Part shown: positions 48,750 to 58,397 of the stretch, piece by piece | Layout of the letters: the number at the start of each line of letters is the position of its first letter | How positions within the stretch are numbered: position 1 is the stretch's first letter | Assembly: GCA_965199495.1 (NCBI GenBank) | Contig: CBDASK010000003.1 | Location: 2,496,001 to 2,560,000, forward strand | From: Abditibacterium sp. | GTDB taxonomy: Bacteria > Armatimonadota > Abditibacteriia > Abditibacteriales > Abditibacteriaceae | Reading direction: 5' to 3' | Length of the DNA stretch: 64,000 bases | Translations under genes and position numbers: made by a program | Notes under the pieces: generated by a model | What the model was told of the DNA's origin: nothing | What the model saw: only the letters and a program-made list of their open reading frames with translations | The model's database searches: none

Positions 48750-49208
48750 TTACCAATCGAGCGTGGTTTCAAAACTGTTATTATCTTCGTTGCTTTCCTT
48801 AATGCGTTGCACATCATCAACGACGGCGCGAATCGTGTGTTTGCCGGGCGTAATTTTCCACGTCGCGCTGCCGTTGGGGCCGCCATTCGAGCGCAGAATC
48901 GCGAATTGGCCGGGCTTCAAATCCTGACGGTAAGTATCCGACCATGCGACGAATTCGCCGTCCACGTAAAACGCGACGCCGTGAGCCACATCTTTTTTGG
49001 TGGCAGCAGCGCCGTGATTTTCGATGCGCGCGATCAAATGCGCATTGGTGCCGACTTGACCTTCGCTTTCTGTAACACCGACGCTGGTGACAACTAAATC
49101 GGGTAAATTATTCATCGAATTGGTCGTGGGTTGCGCTGTAACGCTTTGGCTCAGCGCGACGGAAAGACTGGCACCGACGAGTAAAAGAGCGGGTAAAAGA
49201 AGTTTCAT
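48750..49208 (-). CDS. Secreted stand-alone CARDB (Ig-like) domain protein
   Basis: Signal peptide; LPDLVVT...G.HTIRAVVD...IKESNEDNN. Confidence 0.85.
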   Translation of the reverse strand: MKLLLPALLLVGASLSVALSQSVTAQPTTNSMNNLPDLVVTSVGVTESEGQVGTNAHLIARIENHGAAATKKDVAHGVAFYVDGEFVAWSDTYRQDLKPGQFAILRSNGGPNGSATWKITPGKHTIRAVVDDVQRIKESNEDNNSFETTLDW

Positions 49209-49455
49209 ACTTGGTTTGGAGCATCCTGTGCTTCTCAAAGTTTTGCGGGCGAGTTTACTTCTCGTCTGAGGAAAAAGCTCGTGAATTAGGCGGGCTTGAA
49301 GCGCATCGATAGTTAGACCTTTGCATCAATGAGGAGATGAGTAGGAAGCCGTAGAGTAACAAAATGGAAGATTTCTTGCAAGCTAAAGCCGTGCTGATTT
49401 ATGCGCAAAGAACGTTTCTTTATCTCGACCAATAACGCTCTTTGGGTTGCAAACA

Positions 49456-49941
49456 ATGAAGACTAACTCAGAGTTACAAATTCAGCAACGTTTATCGGAC
49501 AGTTCGTGTTCTGATGCGCTGCTGGCCGAATCGCCATTGGTATCGCCACGCGATGCGAACGCGCGTCCCGTCTGGCCCGCATTGCTACGCTTTGTGGTGG
49601 GTGGTGGCACCTGCTTCATGGTTAATCTGGCGATATTGTGGGTTGCCACCGAAAAGTGGAAGTGGCATTATTTGATCGCAATGGCTCTGGGGTGGAGTGT
49701 GGTGTTTGTTTTAGGATTTTTCCTGCATCGTCACTGGACTTTTGAATCGCACTCTTCGAGCGTTCTGGGGGCGGCTCGACGTTACTTCGTGGTGAATCTG
49801 GGGCAGACGCTGGTTTCCACGGGTTTGTTAATTCTTTTGGTTTCGGGATTCGGTCTGGCTCCTTGGTTCGCCAGCATCCTCCTCGGCGCGTCGTTCATGG
49901 TTTTTAGTTTTCTGCTGCACCGGAACTGGAGTTTCGCGTGA
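49456..49941 (+). CDS. GtrA family membrane protein
   Basis: LRFVVGGG, FFLHRHWTF, four TM segments. Confidence 0.85.
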   Translation: MKTNSELQIQQRLSDSSCSDALLAESPLVSPRDANARPVWPALLRFVVGGGTCFMVNLAILWVATEKWKWHYLIAMALGWSVVFVLGFFLHRHWTFESHSSSVLGAARRYFVVNLGQTLVSTGLLILLVSGFGLAPWFASILLGASFMVFSFLLHRNWSFA

Positions 49942-51110
49942 CCCAACCAATGCAGAAACGGGCGCGGCGCGTGTTGGTTGTCACGAATTATTTTTCGACT
50001 CATTTGGGCGGTATTCAGTTGGTGGCGCACCAACTGGTGCGACATTTGGCCGCGCAACATCCCGATTGGCGGTTCGACTGGTGCGCCAGCGCGAGCGATG
50101 CGTTGCCCGATGTCGCGCCCGCCGTGCGCTGTCACGCAATGAGCGGTTGGAACGGCATCGAAGAGCGTTCGGGTTTTCCCTATCCCTTGTGGTCTCCGGG
50201 CGCCGTGCTGCGATTGTGGCATTTGGTTGGGCGCTGCGACGTGGCTCACTTGCACGACTTCGCCTATATGGGAAATATTGTCGCCGCATTATTTTGTGTT
50301 TTGCGCGGCAAACCTTACGTGGTGACGCAACATACCGGTTGGGTGCCCTATGACAATTTGGCGATGCGCGCGATATTGAGGACGGCGATTAAAACCGTGG
50401 GCCGCGCGGTTTTGCGAAACGCACGGCGCGTGGTTTTCGTGTCGGATACGGTCAACGGTTTTTTTTCGGGTCGCATGAAGTTGCGCCGCCAAACGCTGGC
50501 CAACGGTGTGGATACCCAATTGTTCGTGCCGGTTGATGCAACCACGCGCGCGCGCTTGCGGCGCGAGAACGGATTGGACGAAGCGGCGCCCGTCGCGATT
50601 TTTGTCGGTCGTTTCGTCGAGCGCAAAGGTTTTCCTCTGATTTTGGAGATGGCCGCGCGAACGCCCGATGTGCAGTGGATTGTCATGGGCAGTGGCCCAT
50701 TAGATCCGGGCGAAAATGTGCCGCCCAATGTGCGCGTGTGGCGCGGGCGGCGCGGCGCTCAAGTCGCGCAGGCGATGCAGCTCGCGGATGCGTTGGTCTT
50801 ACCCTCGCAAAACGAAGGTTTTCCGCTTGTTGTGCAAGAAGCTCTGGCGTGCGGAACGCCGGTTCTCTTTGAAACGAATTTAGCGCAGGCGCTGCCCGGC
50901 GTCGCCGCTCGGCTCACGACTCAAGCGTTGGGCACGCCCGACGATGCCGCGCTCTGGAGCGCTCGTCTGCGCGCGGTTTTGGACGCGCACGAAACGCAGT
51001 CGCAGCGCGAAAAGCGTGCGAATTGGGCGCGTCAGACCTGGAATTGGGATGTTTGCGCTCGCCAATATGGCGAACTGCTCGAAGCCGTGATGCTTGAGGC
51101 GCGCTCGTGA
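49938..51110 (+). CDS. Glycosyltransferase family 4
   Basis: HLGGIQ, ANGVD, FVGRFVERKG, EGFPLVVQEALACGTP. Confidence 0.92.
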   Translation: MTQPMQKRARRVLVVTNYFSTHLGGIQLVAHQLVRHLAAQHPDWRFDWCASASDALPDVAPAVRCHAMSGWNGIEERSGFPYPLWSPGAVLRLWHLVGRCDVAHLHDFAYMGNIVAALFCVLRGKPYVVTQHTGWVPYDNLAMRAILRTAIKTVGRAVLRNARRVVFVSDTVNGFFSGRMKLRRQTLANGVDTQLFVPVDATTRARLRRENGLDEAAPVAIFVGRFVERKGFPLILEMAARTPDVQWIVMGSGPLDPGENVPPNVRVWRGRRGAQVAQAMQLADALVLPSQNEGFPLVVQEALACGTPVLFETNLAQALPGVAARLTTQALGTPDDAALWSARLRAVLDAHETQSQREKRANWARQTWNWDVCARQYGELLEAVMLEARS

Positions 51111-52891
51111 AACGCATCTCTCGTATCCATAAAGACGAAGCATCGTCGCTCGCAAAGAGCGCCGGGCGCGTTATGCTGGCCAGTTCGTTCTGGTGGTTGG
51201 TGGCGCTGATGTTTTTGGCGGGCGTCGGCTTAATGATTCCCGCGAAAATAAAAATGCCCTTCTGGGTGTTGATGCGCGATACCGATCCGGCAGCCGGATG
51301 GGTTGGCGTCGTCGTTTTGGCGGGCGCGTGGGCGCCATACTCGCGCGTTTCGTGGGATTTCGCGCGCATTTCCTCTTGGATCGAGCGCCATTTGCTCGCG
51401 TTATGTCTGGGAGCGTTCGCGCTTTATGCGGGACTTTCGTTTTGGCCTTATCATCATTATCCGTTGGCGATGGACGAATACGGGCCTTTCATGCAGAGCC
51501 GCGCCTTTGCCGCCGGGCAACTCAGCGCGTGGGTGCCGCCCGATTTGTTGGATTGGGTCATCAGTCATGGATTTCGCGGCGAATTTTTTTCGGTCTCCGA
51601 AAGTAGCGGGCGTTACGTGTCGGTTTATTGGCCCGGTCTGGCGATTTCGCAGGTGCCGTTCGCGCTCATTCATGCGACGTGGCTGTGCAATCCGGCGTGG
51701 GGCGCGCTGGGACTGTGGGGCGTTCACCGGTTGACCAAACGTTTGACGGGTTCGAGCGAAGCGGCGGCCTGGGCGGGGGCGTTGATGTTGGCCTCGCCCG
51801 TCATCGCGATAAATTCCGCCAGCCTTTACGCGATGCCCGCGCATCTGACGTGCAACATTTTTTATTGTCTGTTGTTGCTGCGGGGCGAACGACGCAGCGC
51901 ATTTTGGGCGGGCGTTGTGGGCGGGTTTGCCTTGGTGCTGCACAATCCGGTGCCGCACGCGGCGTTCGCGTTGCCGTGGATCGTTCTCATCGCGCGCAAA
52001 GAGCGGCGTTTGCTGGGGCCGCTGCTGTTGGGCTATTTGGTGCTGGCCCTTCCGCTGGGATTGGGCTGGAGCCTTTTCCTCAAAGACAATTTCGATGCCA
52101 GCAAATTCGCTCATCTGGCGCCATCAAGCGGAGCGTTATCGCCGTTTGCCGAAATCTTGGGTCGCTTGGCGATGTTCGTGAAATGGCCCGATTTTCTATT
52201 GATTATGGCGCGTCTGACCGGAGTTGCCAAAACCGTCATCTGGGCCGTGCCGGGACTTTTAGTGGTGGCGTGGCAGGGCTGGCGCGGCTTGAAAACGGGG
52301 GCGCCCGACGCCAAAATCGACGCGCGCGGATTGCGTTTATTGGCGCTCTCGTTGTTTTGGACTTTCCTGATTTATTGGCTGGTGCCATTCGATCAGGGAC
52401 ACGGTTGGGGATTTCGTTACGTTCATTCCGCGTGGTTTGCTCTTGTCGTTCTGGGCGCGTTATTTATTTCTCGCGCGCCAGAAAAAAGCGCGCTTCGCCC
52501 GTTTTTCGCGGCGCTGTGTGCGCTCAGTTTCGCGGTTCTGTTGCCGTTACGCGCCGGGCAATCCGAAAATTTCATCGCGCTCCATCTCTCGCAAGTGCCC
52601 ACTGCGCCCACTACAGCCACGGCGAACGCCTCGATCACTTTCATTGACCTCAAACACGGTTGGCTGACTTCGGATTTGGTGCAAAACGATCCGTTTTTGC
52701 GCAACGACGATTGGCGCCTCATCAGCCACGGAGAGGCGCGCAACGCACAATTGGCGCGCGAGTATTTAGTGAATCCCAAGCGTGAACAAAACGGCGAGTG
52801 GGGCGAAATCTGGGCGGGTAGCGCATTGCGGCATCCGACAAAAATTAGCCACAGAGTTCCCAGAGAAACACGGAGAGGACGAAGAAATTAA
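51107..52891 (+). CDS. Multi-pass membrane protein, probable GT-C fold glycosyltransferase
   Basis: MDEY acidic motif after the first helices, ~12 TM segments, GWGFRY; adjacent to GtrA and GT2. Confidence 0.65.
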   Translation: MKRISRIHKDEASSLAKSAGRVMLASSFWWLVALMFLAGVGLMIPAKIKMPFWVLMRDTDPAAGWVGVVVLAGAWAPYSRVSWDFARISSWIERHLLALCLGAFALYAGLSFWPYHHYPLAMDEYGPFMQSRAFAAGQLSAWVPPDLLDWVISHGFRGEFFSVSESSGRYVSVYWPGLAISQVPFALIHATWLCNPAWGALGLWGVHRLTKRLTGSSEAAAWAGALMLASPVIAINSASLYAMPAHLTCNIFYCLLLLRGERRSAFWAGVVGGFALVLHNPVPHAAFALPWIVLIARKERRLLGPLLLGYLVLALPLGLGWSLFLKDNFDASKFAHLAPSSGALSPFAEILGRLAMFVKWPDFLLIMARLTGVAKTVIWAVPGLLVVAWQGWRGLKTGAPDAKIDARGLRLLALSLFWTFLIYWLVPFDQGHGWGFRYVHSAWFALVVLGALFISRAPEKSALRPFFAALCALSFAVLLPLRAGQSENFIALHLSQVPTAPTTATANASITFIDLKHGWLTSDLVQNDPFLRNDDWRLISHGEARNAQLAREYLVNPKREQNGEWGEIWAGSALRHPTKISHRVPRETRRGRRN

Positions 52892-52967
52892 AAAAAACAG
52901 AAAGCGATGACTTTCCCCTTTTAATTTCTTCGTCCTCTCCGTGTTTCTCTGGGAACTCTGTGGCTAA
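52845..52967. repeat. TTAGCCACAGAG-family palindromic element, copy 3
   Basis: Perfect 49-bp arms at 52845-52893 and 52919-52967. Confidence 0.88.
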
Positions 52968-52969
52968 AA

Positions 52970-54109
52970 TTATTCGCTCGAAAGCAAATTTAAGATAAAC
53001 GCGTTGAACATCAGCGTCAAACCCATTTCCATCGCCGACGTGGCCACGAACGCCGGATGAACCGTGTTTTCCATCGAAGCGCCCATGTGACCGAGCCAAT
53101 AAGCCAAAATGCCGCCGTCAATCGCCAGCCCGACCAAGAATAAACCTAATCCGCTCACCAACTGTTTTTCCAACGATAATTCGGCGACCCACGCGCCGAC
53201 GCGCGTCTGGGCAAGCCTCGGATGCTTGCGCATCACCACGCGTTTGCCCAACAGCCACAGCATTAACACGTTCCAGCCCAGCATCGCCATCAAACAGGCC
53301 AGCGCCAAAAAGTGTGCGCCCAGATAAAAACCGTTGACGATCTGCGGCCCACTCGCGAGCAACGCCATCAGCAGAAGTCCGGGCAACAAAAGCAACATCG
53401 CTGGCGCCAACAACAGATGGTCGGGCGCATAAGACAAAATGAATTTGAGATGGCGCCAGCCGTCGCGCCACGAGCGCAGATGCGGCGGGCGATTGCGTTT
53501 GTCGGGATAGAGTTTGGTCGGGATTTCGGCGATTTTGAGGCCGTTGCGCGCGGCGCTAATTACCATTTCGGAGGCGAACTCCATGCCCGAAGTTTGCAAC
53601 TTCATGCGTCCATAACCTTCGCGCGTAAAGGCGCGCATGCCGCAGTGAAAATCGCCAATCGGCGCGCGCGAAACGCCGCGTGCGATGAACGACAAAACCG
53701 GATTGCCCAGATAACGATGATGAATCGGCATCGCGCCCGGCTCGATGCCGCCCCTGAAACGGTTGCCCATCACCAAGTCGTTGCCTTCCTGCACTTTGCC
53801 GACGAATTCGCCGATGCAACCCCAATCGTAAGAATCGTCGGCGTCGCCCATCACCACGATTTCGCCGCGCGCGCCTTCGATGCCCGCTTTGAGCGCCGCG
53901 CCATAACCTTTTTCGGGCGCATTGACCACGCGCGCGCCCAGACTTTGCGCGATTTCGACCGAATTATCGGTCGAGCCATTATCAGCCACGACGACTTCGC
54001 CAACGATGCCCAATTGGATAAACGCGTCCTGCGCCTTGCGCACGCACAGCGCCAAAGTTTCTTCTTCGTTCAAACACGGAATAACGGCGGAAACCAAAAT
54101 AGAAGTCAT
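52970..54109 (-). CDS. Glycosyltransferase family 2 (polyprenol-phosphate glycosyltransferase-like)
   Basis: IPCLNEE, VADNGSTD, MGDADDSY, DFHCGMR, C-terminal TM segments. Confidence 0.92.
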   Translation of the reverse strand: MTSILVSAVIPCLNEEETLALCVRKAQDAFIQLGIVGEVVVADNGSTDNSVEIAQSLGARVVNAPEKGYGAALKAGIEGARGEIVVMGDADDSYDWGCIGEFVGKVQEGNDLVMGNRFRGGIEPGAMPIHHRYLGNPVLSFIARGVSRAPIGDFHCGMRAFTREGYGRMKLQTSGMEFASEMVISAARNGLKIAEIPTKLYPDKRNRPPHLRSWRDGWRHLKFILSYAPDHLLLAPAMLLLLPGLLLMALLASGPQIVNGFYLGAHFLALACLMAMLGWNVLMLWLLGKRVVMRKHPRLAQTRVGAWVAELSLEKQLVSGLGLFLVGLAIDGGILAYWLGHMGASMENTVHPAFVATSAMEMGLTLMFNAFILNLLSSE

Positions 54110-54269
54110 GAGTGAAATTCTCCTTGCGACTCAGCTTGATATTTTGGTATTTCCACGTTGTTGCCAAACGCTATTTCTCGGCGGCGCGCCGCTTGGGCGC
54201 AAGGAACAAAGGCGCCATTCGCGACGAGCAAAGCGGGCGCAAAAGATGCGGTTGAGCGCGTATCGCGAA

Positions 54270-56330
54270 TCAGGGTTTGATCTCGATTTTCGTTTCGAGC
54301 GCGTTGTTGCCCTCGTCCGATTCTTTGATGCGATTCACATCGTCGGCCAGCGCGCTAATCGTGTGCTGGCCCGCCACGACTTTCCAAGTCGCGCTGCCTT
54401 TTGGCCCATTGTTCGACCTAACCACGACCGATTGGCCCGGCGCGAGTGGCCCACGAAACTCATCCGACCAACAGATGAATTCGCCGTCTACAGTAAACGC
54501 GACGCCATGCGTCAAGTCGGGCGGCGTGGCTGCATTGCCAGCGTTGCGAATCGTCGCCTCGAAATGCGCGTTTTGTCCCATAACATCTTCGCCCGCTACG
54601 AAGCCCACTTTGGTCACGACCAAATCGGCGAACTCGTTTTTGGTTGTCGCGATAATTGTCGCGGGCATCGAGATATTGCCCGCGTTGTCGAAGGCGCGCA
54701 CTTCGTAGGGAGTGCCAGTCGCCGGCGTTAGTTTGTCGTCGGCGAAACTGGTGTTTTGCGCGCGCCCCAATTGCTGACCCAATCGCGAGACGAAATAACC
54801 AGCCACGTCGGCATCAGGCGAGGCTTTCCACGAAATTTTCGCGCTGGTGCCGGTCGTCGTCGCGCTCAAATTTGTTGGAGGAGCGGGCGCGGTGCGATCC
54901 AAATTTGTGCCTGCGGGCGGCAAGGGCGGCACGATGTGAAGCGCGACAATTTCGTCGGGCACATCGAGCGTAAACGAAGCCGCTCTGGAACGAAACAGTC
55001 TGCCGATGATGGGGATTCCGCCCAGATCGAGCGGATTGGGCATTTTCTGCTCGCTCGAAATCAATGGAATCTCACCCAAATTCGGCGTTTTTTGCATAAT
55101 CGGCGGCGCTGATTCGATGATTTGATTATCGCTGATGCGAGTGGCAGAAATCCTCACTTTTTCGCGCGAAAAATTCACCGTCACGCGCGCGGGCGCGTTT
55201 TCGATGGGCGTTTGCGTCGCGGTATTGTAGCTCGAAACTTCGCGCCACAGCAATAAATAAAATGTGCCATCGGCTTTCTGCAATAACGTCGAGCGCACGT
55301 CTTTGGTATCGCCGCTCAAATCGTAATCTAAAGCGCGCGTCGTGAAGTTGGGCGCCGGTTTGTCCCACGTTTTGGCTTGCGCATTCCACCGGGCCTCGCT
55401 TAAAAGCGCGATCAAATTTTTGATGGCGAGATACGCCGGTTTGGGCGTGAAATCGCGACGCACCAAGCCAAAACTCGCTTCGGCGTTGGTGGCTTCATCG
55501 GGGAATTCATCCAGAAATTCGTAGGTAAATGTGCGTTTGATTCCCGCGTTCCAATACGCGGCGAAGTGGCGCGGGAAGTATTTGGCGCCGGTCGCTTCCG
55601 AGATTCCGGGTTGCACGCCCGCGATGGTCTTGTCGGCGCCAGTCGCGGTGTGATAGCCCGATTCGGTGACGACGATGCGCTTGGCAATTTCGCCCGTGCT
55701 TTGCAGACCGCGCGCGTTGACGATGTTGTTATTGATGTCGCCTTCCAGCGAAACCGAGGGCATCTGGCCGCCCGCGTAAGAGTGCATCACCAGAAAATCG
55801 TAGGCATCGAGCGGTTTGAGTTTGCGGTTGGAATCGACGCGCGCCGTCGAGGGCGCGATCACTGGAATGTCGCGCGTCAGAGCGTCGGCCTGGAGCGCGG
55901 CGTAAAGATCGTTTTGATACAATCGCGGGCCATCGGGAAAACCTTTGCCCCGATATTGCGCACTGTTTGGAAAAATATCGACTTCGTTTGGGCCTTCGAT
56001 CATCGCGATCCATTGGCGGCTACTTTTGATCTGCTCGACTTGAGCGGCCACGTCGCCCGGCCCGAAAAGCGTTGTCGTCCTAATCCCATATTTTTCCCAC
56101 AATTCGCGCTCGCGCGGCTGCAAATCGTCGCGCACATGGCGCACGCCCAGTTCGTTTAACAAAGGCGCGGCGCGTTCAAAATCGCCATAAGGCGTGTCGA
56201 GATAGCCCCAATGGGTGGCGACGCCGATGGCATCCACGAAATCGTCGGCGCGTCCGGCGGGAGTTGGCGCGGCCTGAGCGATTTGAATGAGGGCGATTGA
56301 GAGCAAAAGCGCGGATAGAGCGAATTTCAT
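54270..56330 (-). CDS. Secreted clan GH-A-like glycoside hydrolase with FN3 and CARDB domains
   Basis: Signal peptide, IEGPNE and VTESGY catalytic-type motifs, FGLVRRDFTPKPAY, FN3 (VRAFDNAGN), C-terminal CARDB. Confidence 0.75.
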   Translation of the reverse strand: MKFALSALLLSIALIQIAQAAPTPAGRADDFVDAIGVATHWGYLDTPYGDFERAAPLLNELGVRHVRDDLQPRERELWEKYGIRTTTLFGPGDVAAQVEQIKSSRQWIAMIEGPNEVDIFPNSAQYRGKGFPDGPRLYQNDLYAALQADALTRDIPVIAPSTARVDSNRKLKPLDAYDFLVMHSYAGGQMPSVSLEGDINNNIVNARGLQSTGEIAKRIVVTESGYHTATGADKTIAGVQPGISEATGAKYFPRHFAAYWNAGIKRTFTYEFLDEFPDEATNAEASFGLVRRDFTPKPAYLAIKNLIALLSEARWNAQAKTWDKPAPNFTTRALDYDLSGDTKDVRSTLLQKADGTFYLLLWREVSSYNTATQTPIENAPARVTVNFSREKVRISATRISDNQIIESAPPIMQKTPNLGEIPLISSEQKMPNPLDLGGIPIIGRLFRSRAASFTLDVPDEIVALHIVPPLPPAGTNLDRTAPAPPTNLSATTTGTSAKISWKASPDADVAGYFVSRLGQQLGRAQNTSFADDKLTPATGTPYEVRAFDNAGNISMPATIIATTKNEFADLVVTKVGFVAGEDVMGQNAHFEATIRNAGNAATPPDLTHGVAFTVDGEFICWSDEFRGPLAPGQSVVVRSNNGPKGSATWKVVAGQHTISALADDVNRIKESDEGNNALETKIEIKP

Positions 56331-56420
56331 CGGGAGTTTGGAGCGAAAAAACGACGTGAAGTTCTATCGAGAAAAAAGTTGGGAACAAAAAATTAGCATC
56401 GCGCGGTCAGAGCTTCCAAT

Positions 56421-57092
56421 ATGCAGTCAAATAACTTAATTCCGCTCGAAGCGATTCAAATCGCCCAACCGTGCCGCGCCGATTGGCACCGTATGACTGG
56501 CGACGAGCGCGCCCGCTTTTGCGGCAGTTGCCACAAAAATGTCTACGATATTTCGCAAATGACGCGCGACGAAGCCTACGATCTCATCGCCGAAAAAGAG
56601 GGCAATTTATGCTTGCGCTTGCACCGCCGTCCCGATGGAACGGTGATCACTTCGGATTGTCCGGTCGGCATTGCAGCCACGCCGCGTCCGTTGTGGTTCG
56701 GCGTGGCTGCACTGGTGGCCCTGATCGGTTCGGGACTGGCCGGATGTGCCACGCAGAGCGAGACGATGGGCGACATCGCGCCGGTCGCCGCGCTCGACAA
56801 TCGAAAATTGGAAACTCCGCCCGTCGCGCCGGTAAAAGTCGAGACGCCGCGGATGAATTTCGGCAACGTCGAATCGGTGCCTTTTACCAACGGTTCGTCG
56901 AATGAACATTCGAGCGTAACTATGGGCGCGCCGATGATGCCGCAACCGACGCCGAAAAGCACGCCAAAACCGCAACCGACCGATGAGCCGCTGATGGGCA
57001 AACCGACGATGGGCGAGCCGACTTTTCCTCATGCTGCCAATCAAACGACAACGATGGGCGACAGCGCGCCGGTTTATCCGGATGCGCGCTGA
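56421..57092 (+). CDS. Hypothetical protein with Cys-rich N-terminal domain, TM segment and Pro-rich tail
   Basis: PCRADWHRMTGDERARFCGSCHKNVYD...CLR...TSDCP, TM segment, repeated (T/L)MG units. Confidence 0.75.
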   Translation: MQSNNLIPLEAIQIAQPCRADWHRMTGDERARFCGSCHKNVYDISQMTRDEAYDLIAEKEGNLCLRLHRRPDGTVITSDCPVGIAATPRPLWFGVAALVALIGSGLAGCATQSETMGDIAPVAALDNRKLETPPVAPVKVETPRMNFGNVESVPFTNGSSNEHSSVTMGAPMMPQPTPKSTPKPQPTDEPLMGKPTMGEPTFPHAANQTTTMGDSAPVYPDAR

Positions 57093-57192
57093 AATTGGTG
57101 TGGCGATTGGAGAAAACAATCAAAACACAACATTGCCGCAATTAGGGCAAACTCTCCGCGTTTGGGGCGTCCCTTGACGCGGAGAATTTTTT

Positions 57193-58323
57193 ATGCCCGC
57201 TCTTCTCGAAAATCCCGTAACTCGAAATATTGACGACATCGCCGACCGCGTTTTCGCCGGAGAACGCCTGACCCGCGAAGACGGTTTGCGTTTGTTCGCG
57301 CATCCCAATCTGGCCGAACTCTCGATGCTCGCCGATCACGTTCGCCAGCGCCAGAATCCCGGCAACGTCGTGACTTATATCGCCGGGCGCAACATCAATT
57401 ATTCCAACGTTTGCTGGGTGCAATGCAAGTTCTGCGCGTTCTACGATTTGCCCGCCTCGAATCAGGGTTATACGCACGGCAAAGAAATTATTTTTCAGAA
57501 AGTGCAGGAAATGGTGGATTTGGGCGGCATCGAAATTCTGCTGCAAGGCGGTTTGAATCCGAAACTCAAGATTGATTATTACGAGGATTTATTCGCTTCG
57601 ATTATGGCAAAGTTTCCCAGCGTGTGGATTCACGGTTTGAGCGTCGCCGAAATTTTATATATCGCCAAAATCTCGCGCATTTCGACCGAAGAGTGTTTGA
57701 TTCGATTGCGCAATGCGGGCCTCAAAACGATTCCGGGCGCGGGCGCCGAAATGCTCGTTGATCGCGTGCGCAAAATCATCGCGCCCTATAAAGATACGAC
57801 GACCGAATGGCTCGACACGATGAAATTGTGGCACCGTCTGGGCGGTTTTTCGACGGTGACGATGATGTATGGCACGGTTGAGACACAAGCCGAGCGTTTG
57901 GAACATATGCTCGCCACGCGCGCCGCGCAGGACGAGTCGTTGGCCAACACAACGGGCGGCTTTACCGCGTTTATCGCGTGGAATTTTCAGCCCGATGGCA
58001 CACCTTTGGGCGACGAAATTCTCGCTGGTAATCCGCACTGGCGCAAAGCGACGGGCTACGATTATCTGCGCACAATCGCCGTCGGGCGTTTGATTTTGGA
58101 TAACATTCCGCATCATCAGGCGAGTTGGGTGACGCAGGGGCCGAAAATTGCGCAAATCGGTTTGGGTTATGGCTTGGATGATTTCGGTTCGACGATGATG
58201 GAAGAAAACGTCGTCTCGGCGACGGGCACCGATTACGTGATGCCGATTTCGGAAATCGAACGGTTAATTTCCGAGGCCGGATACCAGCCACGGCGCCGCG
58301 ATACGTTATATCGGTTGGTTTAA
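57193..58323 (+). CDS. mqnC: Cyclic dehypoxanthinyl futalosine synthase (radical SAM)
   Basis: RNINYSNVCWVQCKFCAF, ILLQGG, TMMYG, FTAFIAW, QASWVTQG, DFGSTMMEENVV. Confidence 0.9.
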   Translation: MPALLENPVTRNIDDIADRVFAGERLTREDGLRLFAHPNLAELSMLADHVRQRQNPGNVVTYIAGRNINYSNVCWVQCKFCAFYDLPASNQGYTHGKEIIFQKVQEMVDLGGIEILLQGGLNPKLKIDYYEDLFASIMAKFPSVWIHGLSVAEILYIAKISRISTEECLIRLRNAGLKTIPGAGAEMLVDRVRKIIAPYKDTTTEWLDTMKLWHRLGGFSTVTMMYGTVETQAERLEHMLATRAAQDESLANTTGGFTAFIAWNFQPDGTPLGDEILAGNPHWRKATGYDYLRTIAVGRLILDNIPHHQASWVTQGPKIAQIGLGYGLDDFGSTMMEENVVSATGTDYVMPISEIERLISEAGYQPRRRDTLYRLV

Positions 58324-58397
58324 AGCGCGCTCTTTTTGGTGGTTTTCGGGACTTGAGTTGTGTTTCGGGAGCGCGCTTTGCAAGTTGTGCGGCTCTC

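Noticed and set aside
56520..56534. CGSCH as a heme c attachment site
   Set aside because: It lies N-terminal to the only TM segment with no signal peptide and is part of a multi-Cys pattern more consistent with metal binding.
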